Assembly (NCBI GenBank): GCA_050946755.1
Contig: JBMNVK010000001.1
Coordinates: forward strand, 1 to 49,182
DNA: 49,182 nt
Reading direction: 5' to 3'
Source: Aminivibrio sp.
Lineage (GTDB): Bacteria > Synergistota > Synergistia > Synergistales > Aminobacteriaceae
The position numbers and the translations under genes are program-made. This document shows, one piece after another, positions 9,968 to 20,082 of this stretch (its first letter is position 1; every line of letters starts with the position of its first letter). Under the pieces are notes generated by a model. That model saw only the letters and a list, made by a program, of their open reading frames with translations. It was not told the DNA's origin and did no database searches.

Positions 9968-11047
9968 ATGACACAGTCGAGAATCAAAGTACTTGTAGTG
10001 GACGACTCGTCTTTTATGAGAAAAGTGTTGAGCGACATCCTGGGCGGGGATCCCCGCATTGAGGTAGTGGGAACGGCCAGGGACGGCGAGGATGCCCTGA
10101 GGAAAATTGCGGCCCTGTCCCCTGACGTTATAACCCTGGATGTGGAGATGCCCAGAAGGGATGGTCTGTCCACCCTTGAAGAGCTCATGAAAACAAATCC
10201 CATTCCTGTTATCATGGTGAGCAGCCTCACCCAGGAGGGAGCCCAGATAACCCTGCGGGCTCTTTCTGCGGGAGCGGTGGATTTTGTTGCCAAACCCTCG
10301 GGACATATATCCCTTAACATGAAAGATGTATCGGCGGAGCTTATTACAAAAGTTGTAGCGGCTAGCACGGCTATGGTGAGGGGCAGGAGAAAAAGAACCT
10401 CTTCCAGCCCGCCCCGCCCCGCTTTACCGGCAACGCCTCCTCCGGCAAGGACTCTGGCCTCAAGGATAGAGCGGCCGGAAATCCTTGCCATCGCTACTTC
10501 CACCGGAGGGCCCAGAGCTCTGCAGGAAGTCCTGACCAGCCTTCCCGGAGATTTTCCCGTTCCCATTGTCATAGTGCAGCATATGCCAAAAGACTTCACC
10601 CTGTCCTTCGCAAAACGGCTTGACAGTATGGCGGAGCTGGACGTAGCAGAAGGCGAGGAGGGAATGGAATTAAGGCCGGGACTGGCCGTTGTAGCTCCCG
10701 GAGGGTATCATATGATAGTAAAACGGAAAGAATTCGGAAAGTTGGTCTGCGGACTTTCCGATGCGCCTCCTCTTCTTTCGGTAAAACCGTCGGCCAATAT
10801 CACCTTTCTCAGCATTGCCGATGAACTCGGAGGCAGAGCTGTGGGAGTAATTCTCACGGGAATGGGGAAGGACGGTGCCGACGGCGCCGCCGCCCTTCGT
10901 TCCAAGGGCGCATGGATAATAGCAGAATCCCCTGAAACCTGCGTGGTCTACGGCATGCCCAAGGCTGCTGTAGATCTGGGAGTAGTGGATGAAATTCTGC
11001 CCCTTCAATCCATAGCGGGGGCAATGATTAAAAGCGTCAGAGCATAA
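9968..11047 (+). CDS. cheB: Chemotaxis methylesterase CheB
   Basis: Receiver domain plus ATSTGGP, VQHMP, LTGMGKDGA. Confidence 0.97.
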   Translation: MTQSRIKVLVVDDSSFMRKVLSDILGGDPRIEVVGTARDGEDALRKIAALSPDVITLDVEMPRRDGLSTLEELMKTNPIPVIMVSSLTQEGAQITLRALSAGAVDFVAKPSGHISLNMKDVSAELITKVVAASTAMVRGRRKRTSSSPPRPALPATPPPARTLASRIERPEILAIATSTGGPRALQEVLTSLPGDFPVPIVIVQHMPKDFTLSFAKRLDSMAELDVAEGEEGMELRPGLAVVAPGGYHMIVKRKEFGKLVCGLSDAPPLLSVKPSANITFLSIADELGGRAVGVILTGMGKDGADGAAALRSKGAWIIAESPETCVVYGMPKAAVDLGVVDEILPLQSIAGAMIKSVRA

Positions 11048-11078
11048 ACAGACTTTACAAAGCCGGAGATGATCAACC

Positions 11079-13127
11079 ATGACAAGTATGGATATGAGCC
11101 AGTACCTTGGGGCCTTTCTTGACGAGGCGGGAGACAATCTAAAACACCTGGACGACCTGATCCTTGCGGTGGAAAAAGACCCGTCGGATATGGAGAATAT
11201 AGCGGAGATATTCCGGTCAGCCCATACCCTTAAGGGAATGTCCTCCACCATGGGATTCGACAGGATGGCCTCCCTGACCCACGCCATGGAAGACATGCTG
11301 GATTCTGTGCGCCGGGGGACTTACGTCCTCAAGCCGGCGGACATGGACCTGCTGTTCAGATCCCTTGATACCCTACAGTCCATGGTTGACTCCATAAGAT
11401 CTTCAGAGGGCGAGGGAGAGGCGGAGATCGATTCCCTTGTGCAGTTTATGAGGGAAGCGGTGGAGGGGGATACCTCAGCGACCCCTTCCGCTGACGAAGC
11501 TGCCTCAGAGATCAGCGCCGACCTTACGGACCAGGAAAAATCATGGATCGACGAGGCCGCCGGACTCGGACTGAACGTCTATGGAATAAAAGTAGCCCTC
11601 TCTCCCGAGTGCCTTCTCAAGGCGGCAAGAGCTTACATGGTGGTCAGCCGTCTGGAAGAGCTGGGAGATATCATCAAGACGGATCCATCGATCGAGGCCC
11701 TTGAAAACGAGGAGTTCGACCTGGAATTCGAGGTAATTCTGGCGGCTTCCCAGCCCATGAACGATATAAAGAGCGAGGTTGAAAGAGTAAGCGAAGTAAA
11801 CTCTGTTGATATAAAACAGGTCGGCGACGAGGATCACCCTTCCGCCGGGGAGACAGCCGAGGGAGAGGTCGTCCCGGAAAAGACTGCCGGCCCCGCAGCC
11901 CCAGAAAAAGCTCCGACTGTGGGCGGAGCTCCGGCGGTCCAGCCTCTGAGGAGGCTTGAAACTGTTAAAAAGGCCTCCCAGACGGTCAGGGTGGATATCG
12001 GCAGGCTGGATAAACTGATGAACCTGGTGGGTGAGCTTGTAATCGGCCGCGCCCGCATCGAACGGCTTGTGCAGGAATCTCAGCTGAGGGAGTTTGATGA
12101 ACCTCTCTCCCAGCTCGGAAGGATCTCCGGCGAAATTCAGGAGCTTGTGACAAAACTGCGGATGGTGCCTGTATCCTTCATCTTTGAAAGATTTCCCAGG
12201 CTCGTTCGGGACCTCTCAAAGACCCTGGGCAAGGAAATTGAGCTGCTCATGGAAGGGCAGGAGACAGAGCTCGACAGGACTGTCATTGACGAGATAGGGG
12301 ACCCCATGGTCCACATAATCAGAAACTGCGTGGACCATGGAATCGAAACTACTAAAGAGCGAAAAGAAATAGGCAAGCCCGAGAAGGGGAAGATAAAAAT
12401 CTCCGCCTACCAGGAGGGCAGCGGTGTAATTATAGAGGTCACCGATGACGGCAAGGGCATCAATGCCGATAAGGTCAGAAGCAAGGCCCTCGCTAACGGA
12501 ATGATCACCGAGGAAGAGTCCGCCGCCATGTCCGATGACGAAGTGGTCAGCCTCATACTCCTTCCCGGCTTCAGCATGGCAGAAAAGGTGACCGACGTCT
12601 CCGGAAGGGGCGTTGGCATGGACGCCGTCAAGACAAAGGTGGAATCCCTGGGGGGACAGTTTGACGTCTCCACCGAGGTGGGGGTAGGAACGAGAGTCTT
12701 CGTGCGGCTGCCCCTCACCCTGGCCATAGTGCTCGCCCTGCTTATAAAAGTAGGAGATGAGACCTATGCAATTCCCCTTGAGAACGTGGAGGAGACAATT
12801 CTCGTGAAGAAGGAGAACGTCCGGACCGTCCACGGAGCTCCTGCCACCCTCCTGAGGGGAGAGGTGCTCACCCTATGCAGCCTTGCGGGATCCATAGGCG
12901 CTTCTACGACAAAAGAAGAGGAGAGCGACGAGTTTCCCGTGGTGGTGGTAAAGACGGGCAGGATCAGAGTGGGCTTCATAGTGGATGACCTTATAGGCCA
13001 GCAGGATATAGTAATAAAATCTCTGGGCCGTTTCCTCTCCAAGATCAGAGGCATTGCAGGCGCCACCATCCTTGGCGATGGCAATGTGGCCCTGATTCTC
13101 GACGTAGCCGGACTCTACGGCAGATAA
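11079..13127 (+). CDS. cheA: Chemotaxis histidine kinase CheA
   Basis: Hpt IFRSAHTLKG, HIIRNCVDHG, DDGKG, SGRGVGMD, C-terminal CheW-like domain. Confidence 0.98.
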   Translation: MTSMDMSQYLGAFLDEAGDNLKHLDDLILAVEKDPSDMENIAEIFRSAHTLKGMSSTMGFDRMASLTHAMEDMLDSVRRGTYVLKPADMDLLFRSLDTLQSMVDSIRSSEGEGEAEIDSLVQFMREAVEGDTSATPSADEAASEISADLTDQEKSWIDEAAGLGLNVYGIKVALSPECLLKAARAYMVVSRLEELGDIIKTDPSIEALENEEFDLEFEVILAASQPMNDIKSEVERVSEVNSVDIKQVGDEDHPSAGETAEGEVVPEKTAGPAAPEKAPTVGGAPAVQPLRRLETVKKASQTVRVDIGRLDKLMNLVGELVIGRARIERLVQESQLREFDEPLSQLGRISGEIQELVTKLRMVPVSFIFERFPRLVRDLSKTLGKEIELLMEGQETELDRTVIDEIGDPMVHIIRNCVDHGIETTKERKEIGKPEKGKIKISAYQEGSGVIIEVTDDGKGINADKVRSKALANGMITEEESAAMSDDEVVSLILLPGFSMAEKVTDVSGRGVGMDAVKTKVESLGGQFDVSTEVGVGTRVFVRLPLTLAIVLALLIKVGDETYAIPLENVEETILVKKENVRTVHGAPATLLRGEVLTLCSLAGSIGASTTKEEESDEFPVVVVKTGRIRVGFIVDDLIGQQDIVIKSLGRFLSKIRGIAGATILGDGNVALILDVAGLYGR

Positions 13128-13149
13128 AAAAGAAAGGAGCCGCCATTTC

Positions 13150-13779
13150 ATGGATCCGTCAAGCCTTAGCAATCTGCAGCTGGACGCCCTGCGGGAGCTG
13201 GGCAATATAGGGGCGGGCAATGCAGCCACGGCTTTGTCCGCAATGCTCTCCAGCTTCGTGGACATGGATGTGCCCAAGGCGGAGCCCGTGTCAATCTATG
13301 AGCTGGCCGGTCACTATGGTGATCCCCTTGAAATGGTGTCGGCGGTCTTTGTCCGGTCAGAAGGTGAATTTACATGCAGTCTGATCTTCATCCAGAGTGT
13401 GGAGGAAGGCGGCAGACTTGTGGACATGCTTATAAGCAGGCAGATGGAGGGGATGGACCCGGCCGCGGTATCTGAGGAGATGAGGAACAGCGCCCTCACG
13501 GAGCTGGGCAACATTATCCTGAGTTCTTTTCTGAATGCCATCAACATGCTGATAGGCGGCGCCCATTCCATCTCCGTCCCCGGCCTTGCCCATGATATGC
13601 TTGGCTCCATCCTGGATGTGGTGGCCTCTATCTACGGCCAGTTTGGCGAACATGCCCTTATCATTGACACCTCCCTAAGGATAGGCGGCGAAGAAGCAGG
13701 CAGCATCTCGGGAAAGGTGGCCATGCTGCCTGACCCCGGATCTTTTGAGATCCTGCTGAGAAAGCTGCAGGTGCTTTGA
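13150..13779 (+). CDS. cheC: Chemotaxis phosphatase CheC
   Basis: Two ExxN motifs (DALRELGNIGAGNAATALS; SALTELGNII). Upstream of cheD. Confidence 0.93.
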   Translation: MDPSSLSNLQLDALRELGNIGAGNAATALSAMLSSFVDMDVPKAEPVSIYELAGHYGDPLEMVSAVFVRSEGEFTCSLIFIQSVEEGGRLVDMLISRQMEGMDPAAVSEEMRNSALTELGNIILSSFLNAINMLIGGAHSISVPGLAHDMLGSILDVVASIYGQFGEHALIIDTSLRIGGEEAGSISGKVAMLPDPGSFEILLRKLQVL

Positions 13780-13782
13780 ATC

Positions 13783-14277
13783 ATGAGCAAGTCCCATCAC
13801 GTAGGGATGGCCGAACTGACGGTCATTGCCTCTCCGGACTCTCTTATTACCCTGGGCCTTGGCTCGTGCATCGGGCTTGTCATATACGATCAGGCAGCCA
13901 GGGTGGCGGGGATGGCCCATATAATGCTTCCGGACAGCAGGGGAGCAAAGGACAAGGCCCGGGAAAAGCCGGGCAAATTTGCGGACACGGCGATACCTGC
14001 CCTAATTGATCAGGTCTGCAGGAGGGGCGGAGTAAAATCCAGACTAAAGGCCAAGATGGCCGGAGGATCCCAGATGTTTGCCCTTCCGGGAGCCAAGATG
14101 GATTTTCTTGCCGTGGGCAGCAGAAATACCCAGGAGACCACCGAAATTCTCAAAACCCTGGGCATCTCACTGATTGCCTCCGACACAGGCGGCAACAAGG
14201 GCAGGACTATCGAGTTCTCTACCAGGACCTGGACCCTTTCGGTGAGAGTGCTGGGAAAGGGAACATCGGAGATCTGA
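13783..14277 (+). CDS. cheD: Chemoreceptor glutamine deamidase CheD
   Basis: TLGLGSCIG, GMAHIMLP, KFAD, AGGSQMF, DTGG. Confidence 0.96.
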   Translation: MSKSHHVGMAELTVIASPDSLITLGLGSCIGLVIYDQAARVAGMAHIMLPDSRGAKDKAREKPGKFADTAIPALIDQVCRRGGVKSRLKAKMAGGSQMFALPGAKMDFLAVGSRNTQETTEILKTLGISLIASDTGGNKGRTIEFSTRTWTLSVRVLGKGTSEI

Positions 14278-14304
14278 ATAAAATAAAAAACAACAGGAGG
14301 AGCC

Positions 14305-15453
14305 ATGGAACAGGAACGGAATGAGGTTTATGAAGACATGAGCGTTGAAACCGATCTCCTTTCTGCCCATGAGCCGGATGATCCTACACCGGATGGGGGA
14401 GACTCGGAAAAGGACAGAGAGAATCTTTCGCTGCTCGATGGCCTGCCTAAAGAGGCCTCCGATGAGCTTTGCGAAATATTCTCCTGCACTCCGGATACTC
14501 TGGGCGTTATTCTCCAGGGCACATCCGGCGACCCCGCCCAGATAATAGAGCTTGTAAAGACTTTAACCCCCGCCTATATAGCTGTCAAAATAAGATTTGA
14601 CGGCCGCAAAAGACAGGAGCTTGGGGGCGCCCTGTGTTTCGTTGCCCGGGGAAATTCGGGAGAAATACTGGATGAAAGCTTCTGGGTAAGCTCCAGAAGT
14701 CTGCCGGAGACCTTTGACATTCATGCGGGATGGGAAGCGGTGAGAAGCGCGATCCTGTCCATAGGGGGGGAGCCTGACAGAAGCCTTTACAGCCGGATGC
14801 TGAAGGGAGCAAAGGCAATCCTCACCCCGACGGCCATAAACAACCTCTTCAAATCCAGGGCCGCTAAGGACGAAATTCTCTCCTCTCTGGAAAAAAATTT
14901 CTCCTCCATAGTTCACTACGACCTTATCTTTGAGCTCAGTACAGAGACTTTCAACAGCATACGGCTTGAGACAGGCGGCATAAGCCTGTCTGAAAAAGCA
15001 CCAGAGGAGGAGCCCGAAAAAGAAGAAAAAGAGCAAGCTCCCCTGCCCTCCCTCGGCACAGTGCAGGTAGTCTGCAGGCCTGTACTTGATCCGGTGAAGG
15101 GCAAAGCCGTGTCTGATCTCCAAAAAGGAGACTATCTTGTGGTTGAGTTGGAAAAAACGGGAGGACTGGCAACCATCATCAATAAAATTGTCGAGAGGGC
15201 GGGAGAAAATACTGTCTTTCCCGTCATGTCTGTAGAAAGGCTCCAAAGCGGGCAGGCTCTGGTGAAGCTCCACATAAGCAATGGAATAGAAGGCATACTG
15301 AGGGTAAGCGCTGATCTTAAACTAAAAACTGGCTACGGCTGGAGCAGGGCAGCGGATGGAAAGAGCAGCCCCTTCCCGACGGGCAAAGTTCTGGCCGGGG
15401 CAATGGCCTTTCTGCTGTTGGCCATAATCCTATATTTTTTCATGGGTAGATAG
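14305..15453 (+). CDS. Hypothetical protein with C-terminal membrane anchor
   Basis: 382 aa ORF with strong RBS (AGGAGG). Acidic N-terminus and C-terminal hydrophobic helix. Between cheD and fliA. Confidence 0.75.
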   Translation: MEQERNEVYEDMSVETDLLSAHEPDDPTPDGGDSEKDRENLSLLDGLPKEASDELCEIFSCTPDTLGVILQGTSGDPAQIIELVKTLTPAYIAVKIRFDGRKRQELGGALCFVARGNSGEILDESFWVSSRSLPETFDIHAGWEAVRSAILSIGGEPDRSLYSRMLKGAKAILTPTAINNLFKSRAAKDEILSSLEKNFSSIVHYDLIFELSTETFNSIRLETGGISLSEKAPEEEPEKEEKEQAPLPSLGTVQVVCRPVLDPVKGKAVSDLQKGDYLVVELEKTGGLATIINKIVERAGENTVFPVMSVERLQSGQALVKLHISNGIEGILRVSADLKLKTGYGWSRAADGKSSPFPTGKVLAGAMAFLLLAIILYFFMGR

Positions 15454-15461
15454 GGCCCGTA

Positions 15462-16214
15462 ATGGCGCTTAAAAGATCCGACTCAGAGCTCTGGGAAGAA
15501 TACGCCCGTACCGGGAGCCCTCAGGCCAGGGAAAACATAGTCAAGAGGTATCTTCCCCTGGTGAAATATGTAACGGCCAGGATGGCCGTCTCTCCTCCCT
15601 CAGGCCTTGACTATGAAGACCTTCTCAGCTTCGGCGCCTTCGGCCTCCTGGACGCCATAGAGAGATTCGACCTCTCAAAGGGCTTCTCCTTCCAGACCTT
15701 TGCTGTCCCCAGGATAAGAGGGGCTATCCTCGACGAACTGAGAAAATTCGACTGGATCTCCAGAACAGGGCGGGAAAAGCTCCAGCGGCTGGGGAGGGCA
15801 ATGGATAAGGTCCTTCAGGAGACCAGCATAATCACCGATGATGTCCTAATGGAAATAATGGGAATGGACGAAAAGGAATACAGGGAGACCCTTGAACTCT
15901 CAAGCAGAAGTTATATCGTCTCCCTCGACGAAGTCCTTATTCTTGAGGACGGCGACGTAAGCCGGGAGGCTATAATACCGGACGAGGGAGCAAGCGCCAT
16001 AGACCTCCTGGAGGATGAAGACGAGACCTTGCGGGTGGCAGAGGCCCTGAAAAAACTTTCAGAAAGGGAGATGCAGGTCATATCTCTCTACTACTATGAG
16101 GGGCTGACTCTCAGGGAAATAGGAAAAATACTGGGAGTAACCGAATCAAGAGTCTCCCAGATCCACGGCAAAGCCCTGGCCTTGCTGAGAGGTGTTCTGG
16201 CGACAAAAAACTGA
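15462..16214 (+). CDS. fliA: Flagellar sigma factor sigma-28 (FliA/WhiG family)
   Basis: GLLDAIERFD, FAVPRIRGAILDELRKFDWISR, region 4 LTLREIGKILGVTESRVSQIH. Confidence 0.96.
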   Translation: MALKRSDSELWEEYARTGSPQARENIVKRYLPLVKYVTARMAVSPPSGLDYEDLLSFGAFGLLDAIERFDLSKGFSFQTFAVPRIRGAILDELRKFDWISRTGREKLQRLGRAMDKVLQETSIITDDVLMEIMGMDEKEYRETLELSSRSYIVSLDEVLILEDGDVSREAIIPDEGASAIDLLEDEDETLRVAEALKKLSEREMQVISLYYYEGLTLREIGKILGVTESRVSQIHGKALALLRGVLATKN

Positions 16215-16316
16215 AATTGAAACGGATATCTTTTAAACCGGCTCCGGACGGACCAGGAAGAGCTTAACCAACAGTTCATCCGTCAGGGAATTTACCGCCG
16301 GCAGGGAGGTTTAATA

Positions 16317-17912
16317 ATGGGAAACGAAAAATTAAGCCTTGAATATCGGGAAGACGGAGTGTACATTACCGCCTCTGACGGGGCGGACTACTCCATGTCC
16401 TCGGTGGTGGGCTATCTTAAGACCCAGGGCGTCGAGAACTACGACGGTGATTCAGTTACTGCCTTCGTATCCCAAAAGGATGGAGCTCCCGCAAAGATCG
16501 CCGAACGAGATCCCGAGCAGGAAAAAGATGCTGATCTGGAGGCAAAAGTTTCCTCTGACGGCATGAAGGCGGAGCTCTGGATAGACCCTCCCTTTGCCGG
16601 CAAGCCCTGGCCTGACCTCGAACAGATCCTGAATTTTCTTGCCTCCCAGGGCATTGTGGAAGGCATAAACAAAGATGCCATAGCCGGAATTTTAGCTGAA
16701 AAAAAAGGCAGAGAGTGGAATCTGATTGCCTCCGGAACTCCTGCCGCTGACGGCAAGGACGCCGACATAGACTACAAGGTCCAGTTCGGCAGCTCCAGAC
16801 CCATGGAGGAGGACGAGTCGGGCAGGGTGGACCTGAAAAGCCTTAGCTCCATCACCATAGTAATAAAAAATCAGCTGCTGGCGGAAAAAACCCCCCTTAC
16901 TGAAGGAGTGGACGGCATAACGGTCAAAGGTGCAGTAGTCAAGGCTAAAAAGGGCAGAGATGCCCATCTGCCGACGGGCGCCGGAACGGAGGCTTCAGAA
17001 GACGGGCTGCGGCTCCACTCCATCATAGACGGCAATCTTGTCCTCAAGGGAGGCAAACTCCACGTAGTGCCCGTGTTCGAGGTGGACGGAGACGTGGACT
17101 ACAGCGTCGGCAACATTGACTTCATCGGCTCCGTCATAGTAAACGGAGCTGTCAGAGAGGGCTTCAGCATACTCTCCTCCGGGGATATTGAAGTAAGGGG
17201 CGTTGTAGAGGGAGCCAGGCTGGAGAGCAAGGCGGACATCATCATCTCCGGCGGCATAAGGGGCATGAACAAGGCAGAGATTAAAGCCGAGGGAGACATA
17301 ACAGCCGGCTTTATCGACCAGGCCCACGTGAGAAGCGACAAAAGCATCAACGTGAACAACGCTGTGCTTCACAGCAACCTCGCCGCCCACGACACCATTA
17401 CCGTTCTCGGTGGACAGAAGGCCCAGGTGGCCGGCGGAAAAAGCCACGCCGGTTTGGAAGTAGTCTGCCTCACCCTTGGAAGTGAGATGGGGACCAAAAC
17501 GGAGGTTGTGGTAGGCGTCCTTCCCGAGCTTGCGGAGAGAAAGAAAAATCTTGTGGCCCTCCTGGCGGAGACGGAAGAAAAGGGAGAAAAAGTTGAGGTA
17601 AACCTCGCCTTTTTGAAAAAACTTGAGGGCTCCGGCCAGATAGATGACAATAAGCGGGCCCTCATGATCAACCTTACCAAGGCAAAATTTCAGCTCCAGA
17701 GCCAAATCAGCGAGGCCAAGAAAGAGCTGGAGCAGATTGAAAGTCAGATGGACAGCAGCAAAAACAAAGGACGGGTCAGGGTAAAGGGAGTATGCTACCC
17801 GGGAGTTACCGTAACCATCAGAGGAGTGACCTACATCGTTCGTGAAAAGCAGCAGTTCTGTTCCTTCATTTACGAAAACGGAGAGGTTAAGGTCATGCCC
17901 TTCGACCACTAG
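16317..17912 (+). CDS. FapA/DUF342 family flagellar assembly protein
   Basis: VDGDVDYSVGNIDFIGSV beta-helix repeats, LGSEMGTKTEV, coiled coil, YPGV. Follows fliA. Confidence 0.88.
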   Translation: MGNEKLSLEYREDGVYITASDGADYSMSSVVGYLKTQGVENYDGDSVTAFVSQKDGAPAKIAERDPEQEKDADLEAKVSSDGMKAELWIDPPFAGKPWPDLEQILNFLASQGIVEGINKDAIAGILAEKKGREWNLIASGTPAADGKDADIDYKVQFGSSRPMEEDESGRVDLKSLSSITIVIKNQLLAEKTPLTEGVDGITVKGAVVKAKKGRDAHLPTGAGTEASEDGLRLHSIIDGNLVLKGGKLHVVPVFEVDGDVDYSVGNIDFIGSVIVNGAVREGFSILSSGDIEVRGVVEGARLESKADIIISGGIRGMNKAEIKAEGDITAGFIDQAHVRSDKSINVNNAVLHSNLAAHDTITVLGGQKAQVAGGKSHAGLEVVCLTLGSEMGTKTEVVVGVLPELAERKKNLVALLAETEEKGEKVEVNLAFLKKLEGSGQIDDNKRALMINLTKAKFQLQSQISEAKKELEQIESQMDSSKNKGRVRVKGVCYPGVTVTIRGVTYIVREKQQFCSFIYENGEVKVMPFDH

Positions 17913-17933
17913 GGAAGAGGAAGGTGAACATCC

Positions 17934-18248
17934 GTGGTTAACCCTGTGAACATGCAGCTTTCCCACTGGAATCTTGAGCACACGGCCCAGCAGCTGAAGG
18001 ACCCGGCAGCGGCTGCCGCCCAGGCCGGATTGCAGGGTGAAGGGGCGGCCGCTGCGACTCATAGGGATGCCTCCGTTCAGCCTGCAGATCACTCCTCGGA
18101 GGAAGAGCGGATCGGGACGAGAAAAAAGAACGAGGAGAAGGAAAAGGAAGGCAAGGGAAGAAAGAGGAGCTTTTCAGGAAAAAGAGAAAGAGAGAAGAGG
18201 GACGAAAGAGAATCAGCTGAGGCAGGAGGCCTGGACTTCTATGCGTGA
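17934..18248 (+). CDS. Hypothetical small charged protein
   Basis: GTG start after AAGG. Q/A-rich then K/E/R-rich, ends GLDFYA. Co-oriented in the flagellar cluster. Confidence 0.65.
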   Translation: MVNPVNMQLSHWNLEHTAQQLKDPAAAAAQAGLQGEGAAAATHRDASVQPADHSSEEERIGTRKKNEEKEKEGKGRKRSFSGKREREKRDERESAEAGGLDFYA

Positions 18249-18819
18249 ACGGAACTCCTCAGGAGGGGTAAAGCACCTGGGCTACGCCCTTGTGGGCGGT
18301 ACGGAAGGCTCCTTCAGAGGAGCTGTGCTGGTAACGGATTTCAGGGGGATCCCCGCCGACTTCCGCTACACGGACCCCATTACTCCCTCCAGAATAGAAA
18401 AAATACTCTACGGCAACGCCCTTGACGCTTACATCAGGGGAGAACTCATCCTGGAGAGTCTCCTCGGTGCGGCAGAGGTCACGCCGGCACTGTGGATATG
18501 CAGAGAGGACGACCTCCTGGAACCTCTTTCCAAACTTTCAAAAAGCAAGGCGATCCTTATGGCTGCCACATCCCGAGCTCCCATGGATGCCACAGGAGAT
18601 ATTGAAAAACAGAACGCCCCCTGCACCTTCGACCTCCAGGCGGATGGCCTGAGCGCTCCCCTGCGCATAACTCTGCCTGAAGGCAAAAACAGAGAAGAAG
18701 AAGTCCGGTCGGTGGCGGATATCCTGGTGGAAGCAGCCTCTGTAATGGATCTAATGGAGCCCTTTTCGCGAATGACCAGGGCTCTGGCAGCCCTTGCAGA
18801 GGAAAAAGATGGGCATTGA
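18241..18819 (+). CDS. Hypothetical protein
   Basis: ATG at 18241 with GGAGG upstream, overlapping the previous gene. Globular-looking core (RGAVLVTDFRGIPADFRYTDP...LYG). Confidence 0.75.
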   Translation: MRERNSSGGVKHLGYALVGGTEGSFRGAVLVTDFRGIPADFRYTDPITPSRIEKILYGNALDAYIRGELILESLLGAAEVTPALWICREDDLLEPLSKLSKSKAILMAATSRAPMDATGDIEKQNAPCTFDLQADGLSAPLRITLPEGKNREEEVRSVADILVEAASVMDLMEPFSRMTRALAALAEEKDGH

Positions 18820-19444
18820 CCGCTTAAAAGAAAATCTGGCAAGATTGTTTCTGGGGCGGGTATTGACTCGCTCCCGGCCCCTTTCCATTGATGCCCCTGA
18901 ATTAAAGTCTGCAAAACGCAGAGTGGAGCACCATCCTCTGAGGGCTCCTGAAAGAGTGCTGGGAACCATGATGTTTGGGGCGACAATGGACTCCAGGGTT
19001 TTCGGAGGGGTTTTGCCCTCTGAAAAGACTGTTGAGGTAATAAGGCCGCAAACCCCGGTACTGAGGGCAAAAAAGCCTGCTGTCGCAGGTCGGCGGACAG
19101 GCTCATTTGCCAGGCCCGGCGTAAAAAAAGTAAATTTCATCCGGGTCCTGGCTAAAAAAGACCTTAAAAGAATAACAGGATTGCCTCAGGAGAGAGAAAG
19201 CAGGCTTCATTTCGCAAGAACAAGGCTGTCCCTAAGAGAGGGAGAGATTCCCCTTGCTCTCTTCTGGCCGCTGATACACGACAGTGTCATAAAAACTGTC
19301 CTCAATAGAGACAGGGGTACCCTTCTTATTTGGTATAATCCCTACAGCCGGGCTTTTTCACCGGAAGCTCTCCTGCTTGTCCGGCGTCTTGGGCCCGGGG
19401 GAGGAACAGAGTGGAGATGGACCGGATTAAAGATGCAAAGATAA
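18809..19444 (+). CDS. Hypothetical basic protein
   Basis: In-frame ATG at 18809 overlaps the previous stop. Fills the operon gap. Confidence 0.65.
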   Translation: MGIDRLKENLARLFLGRVLTRSRPLSIDAPELKSAKRRVEHHPLRAPERVLGTMMFGATMDSRVFGGVLPSEKTVEVIRPQTPVLRAKKPAVAGRRTGSFARPGVKKVNFIRVLAKKDLKRITGLPQERESRLHFARTRLSLREGEIPLALFWPLIHDSVIKTVLNRDRGTLLIWYNPYSRAFSPEALLLVRRLGPGGGTEWRWTGLKMQR

Positions 19445-19641
19445 ATCTGCGGAGGTGGTTTCTGCCGGAAACACAAAAGCAACACCATGTTTCTTGTTCT
19501 TGAAGACACAAAAAGCTGCTGCACGGCTCCACTTTGCCCGAAAAAATTTCGGGTCTGCCCCATTATCAAGGGCTGTACAGGCAGGGGTTTTGCAGCAAGC
19601 TCACAGAACCTGCAAAATATTCGCGGAGGGTAGAAATCCCC

Positions 19642-20082
19642 ATGGCAGATGAAAGAAAAATTGAAAACACCCCCGTTTCTCCCGGGGAGATAGTAACCTG
19701 CACAGTAGAACAGATAATGCCCTACGGAGCGTTTGTCCGGCTGAAAACCGGCCAGAGGGCCATGATACACATATCCGAGCTTTCCCAGAGTTTTGTCAAA
19801 AAGGTTGAGGATATCCTGTCCCTTAGCCAGGAAGTTCAGGCCAGAGTCATTAAAATCGATGAAAAAGGCAGAATAGACCTGTCCCTGAAGAGAATGGAGG
19901 ATCCCAGGCCTGCCCCTGCCCCGAGATCCCAGTCTTATAATGCGCCTCCGCCAGAGGACGGCAGAGACTCTTTCGAGAAGAAGATATCCAACTTCCTAAA
20001 GGTCAGCGAGGCCAAAATTGCCGACCTTAACAGCAAACTCAACAATCCAAGGGCGAAAAAGCGGGGCAGACCTTCGAGGTGA
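19642..20082 (+). CDS. S1 RNA-binding domain protein (YabR/GSP13-like)
   Basis: ATG at 19642 after GGAGG. YGAFVRL...MIHISELS...IDLSLK, followed by SFEKKISNFLKVSE. Confidence 0.9.
   Translation: MADERKIENTPVSPGEIVTCTVEQIMPYGAFVRLKTGQRAMIHISELSQSFVKKVEDILSLSQEVQARVIKIDEKGRIDLSLKRMEDPRPAPAPRSQSYNAPPPEDGRDSFEKKISNFLKVSEAKIADLNSKLNNPRAKKRGRPSR

Noticed and set aside
1818-18092. Long minus-strand ORFs (e.g. 1818-2717, 4872-6317, 16995-18092)
   Set aside because: They are antisense shadows of well-supported + strand genes in GC-rich coding DNA, with no motifs.
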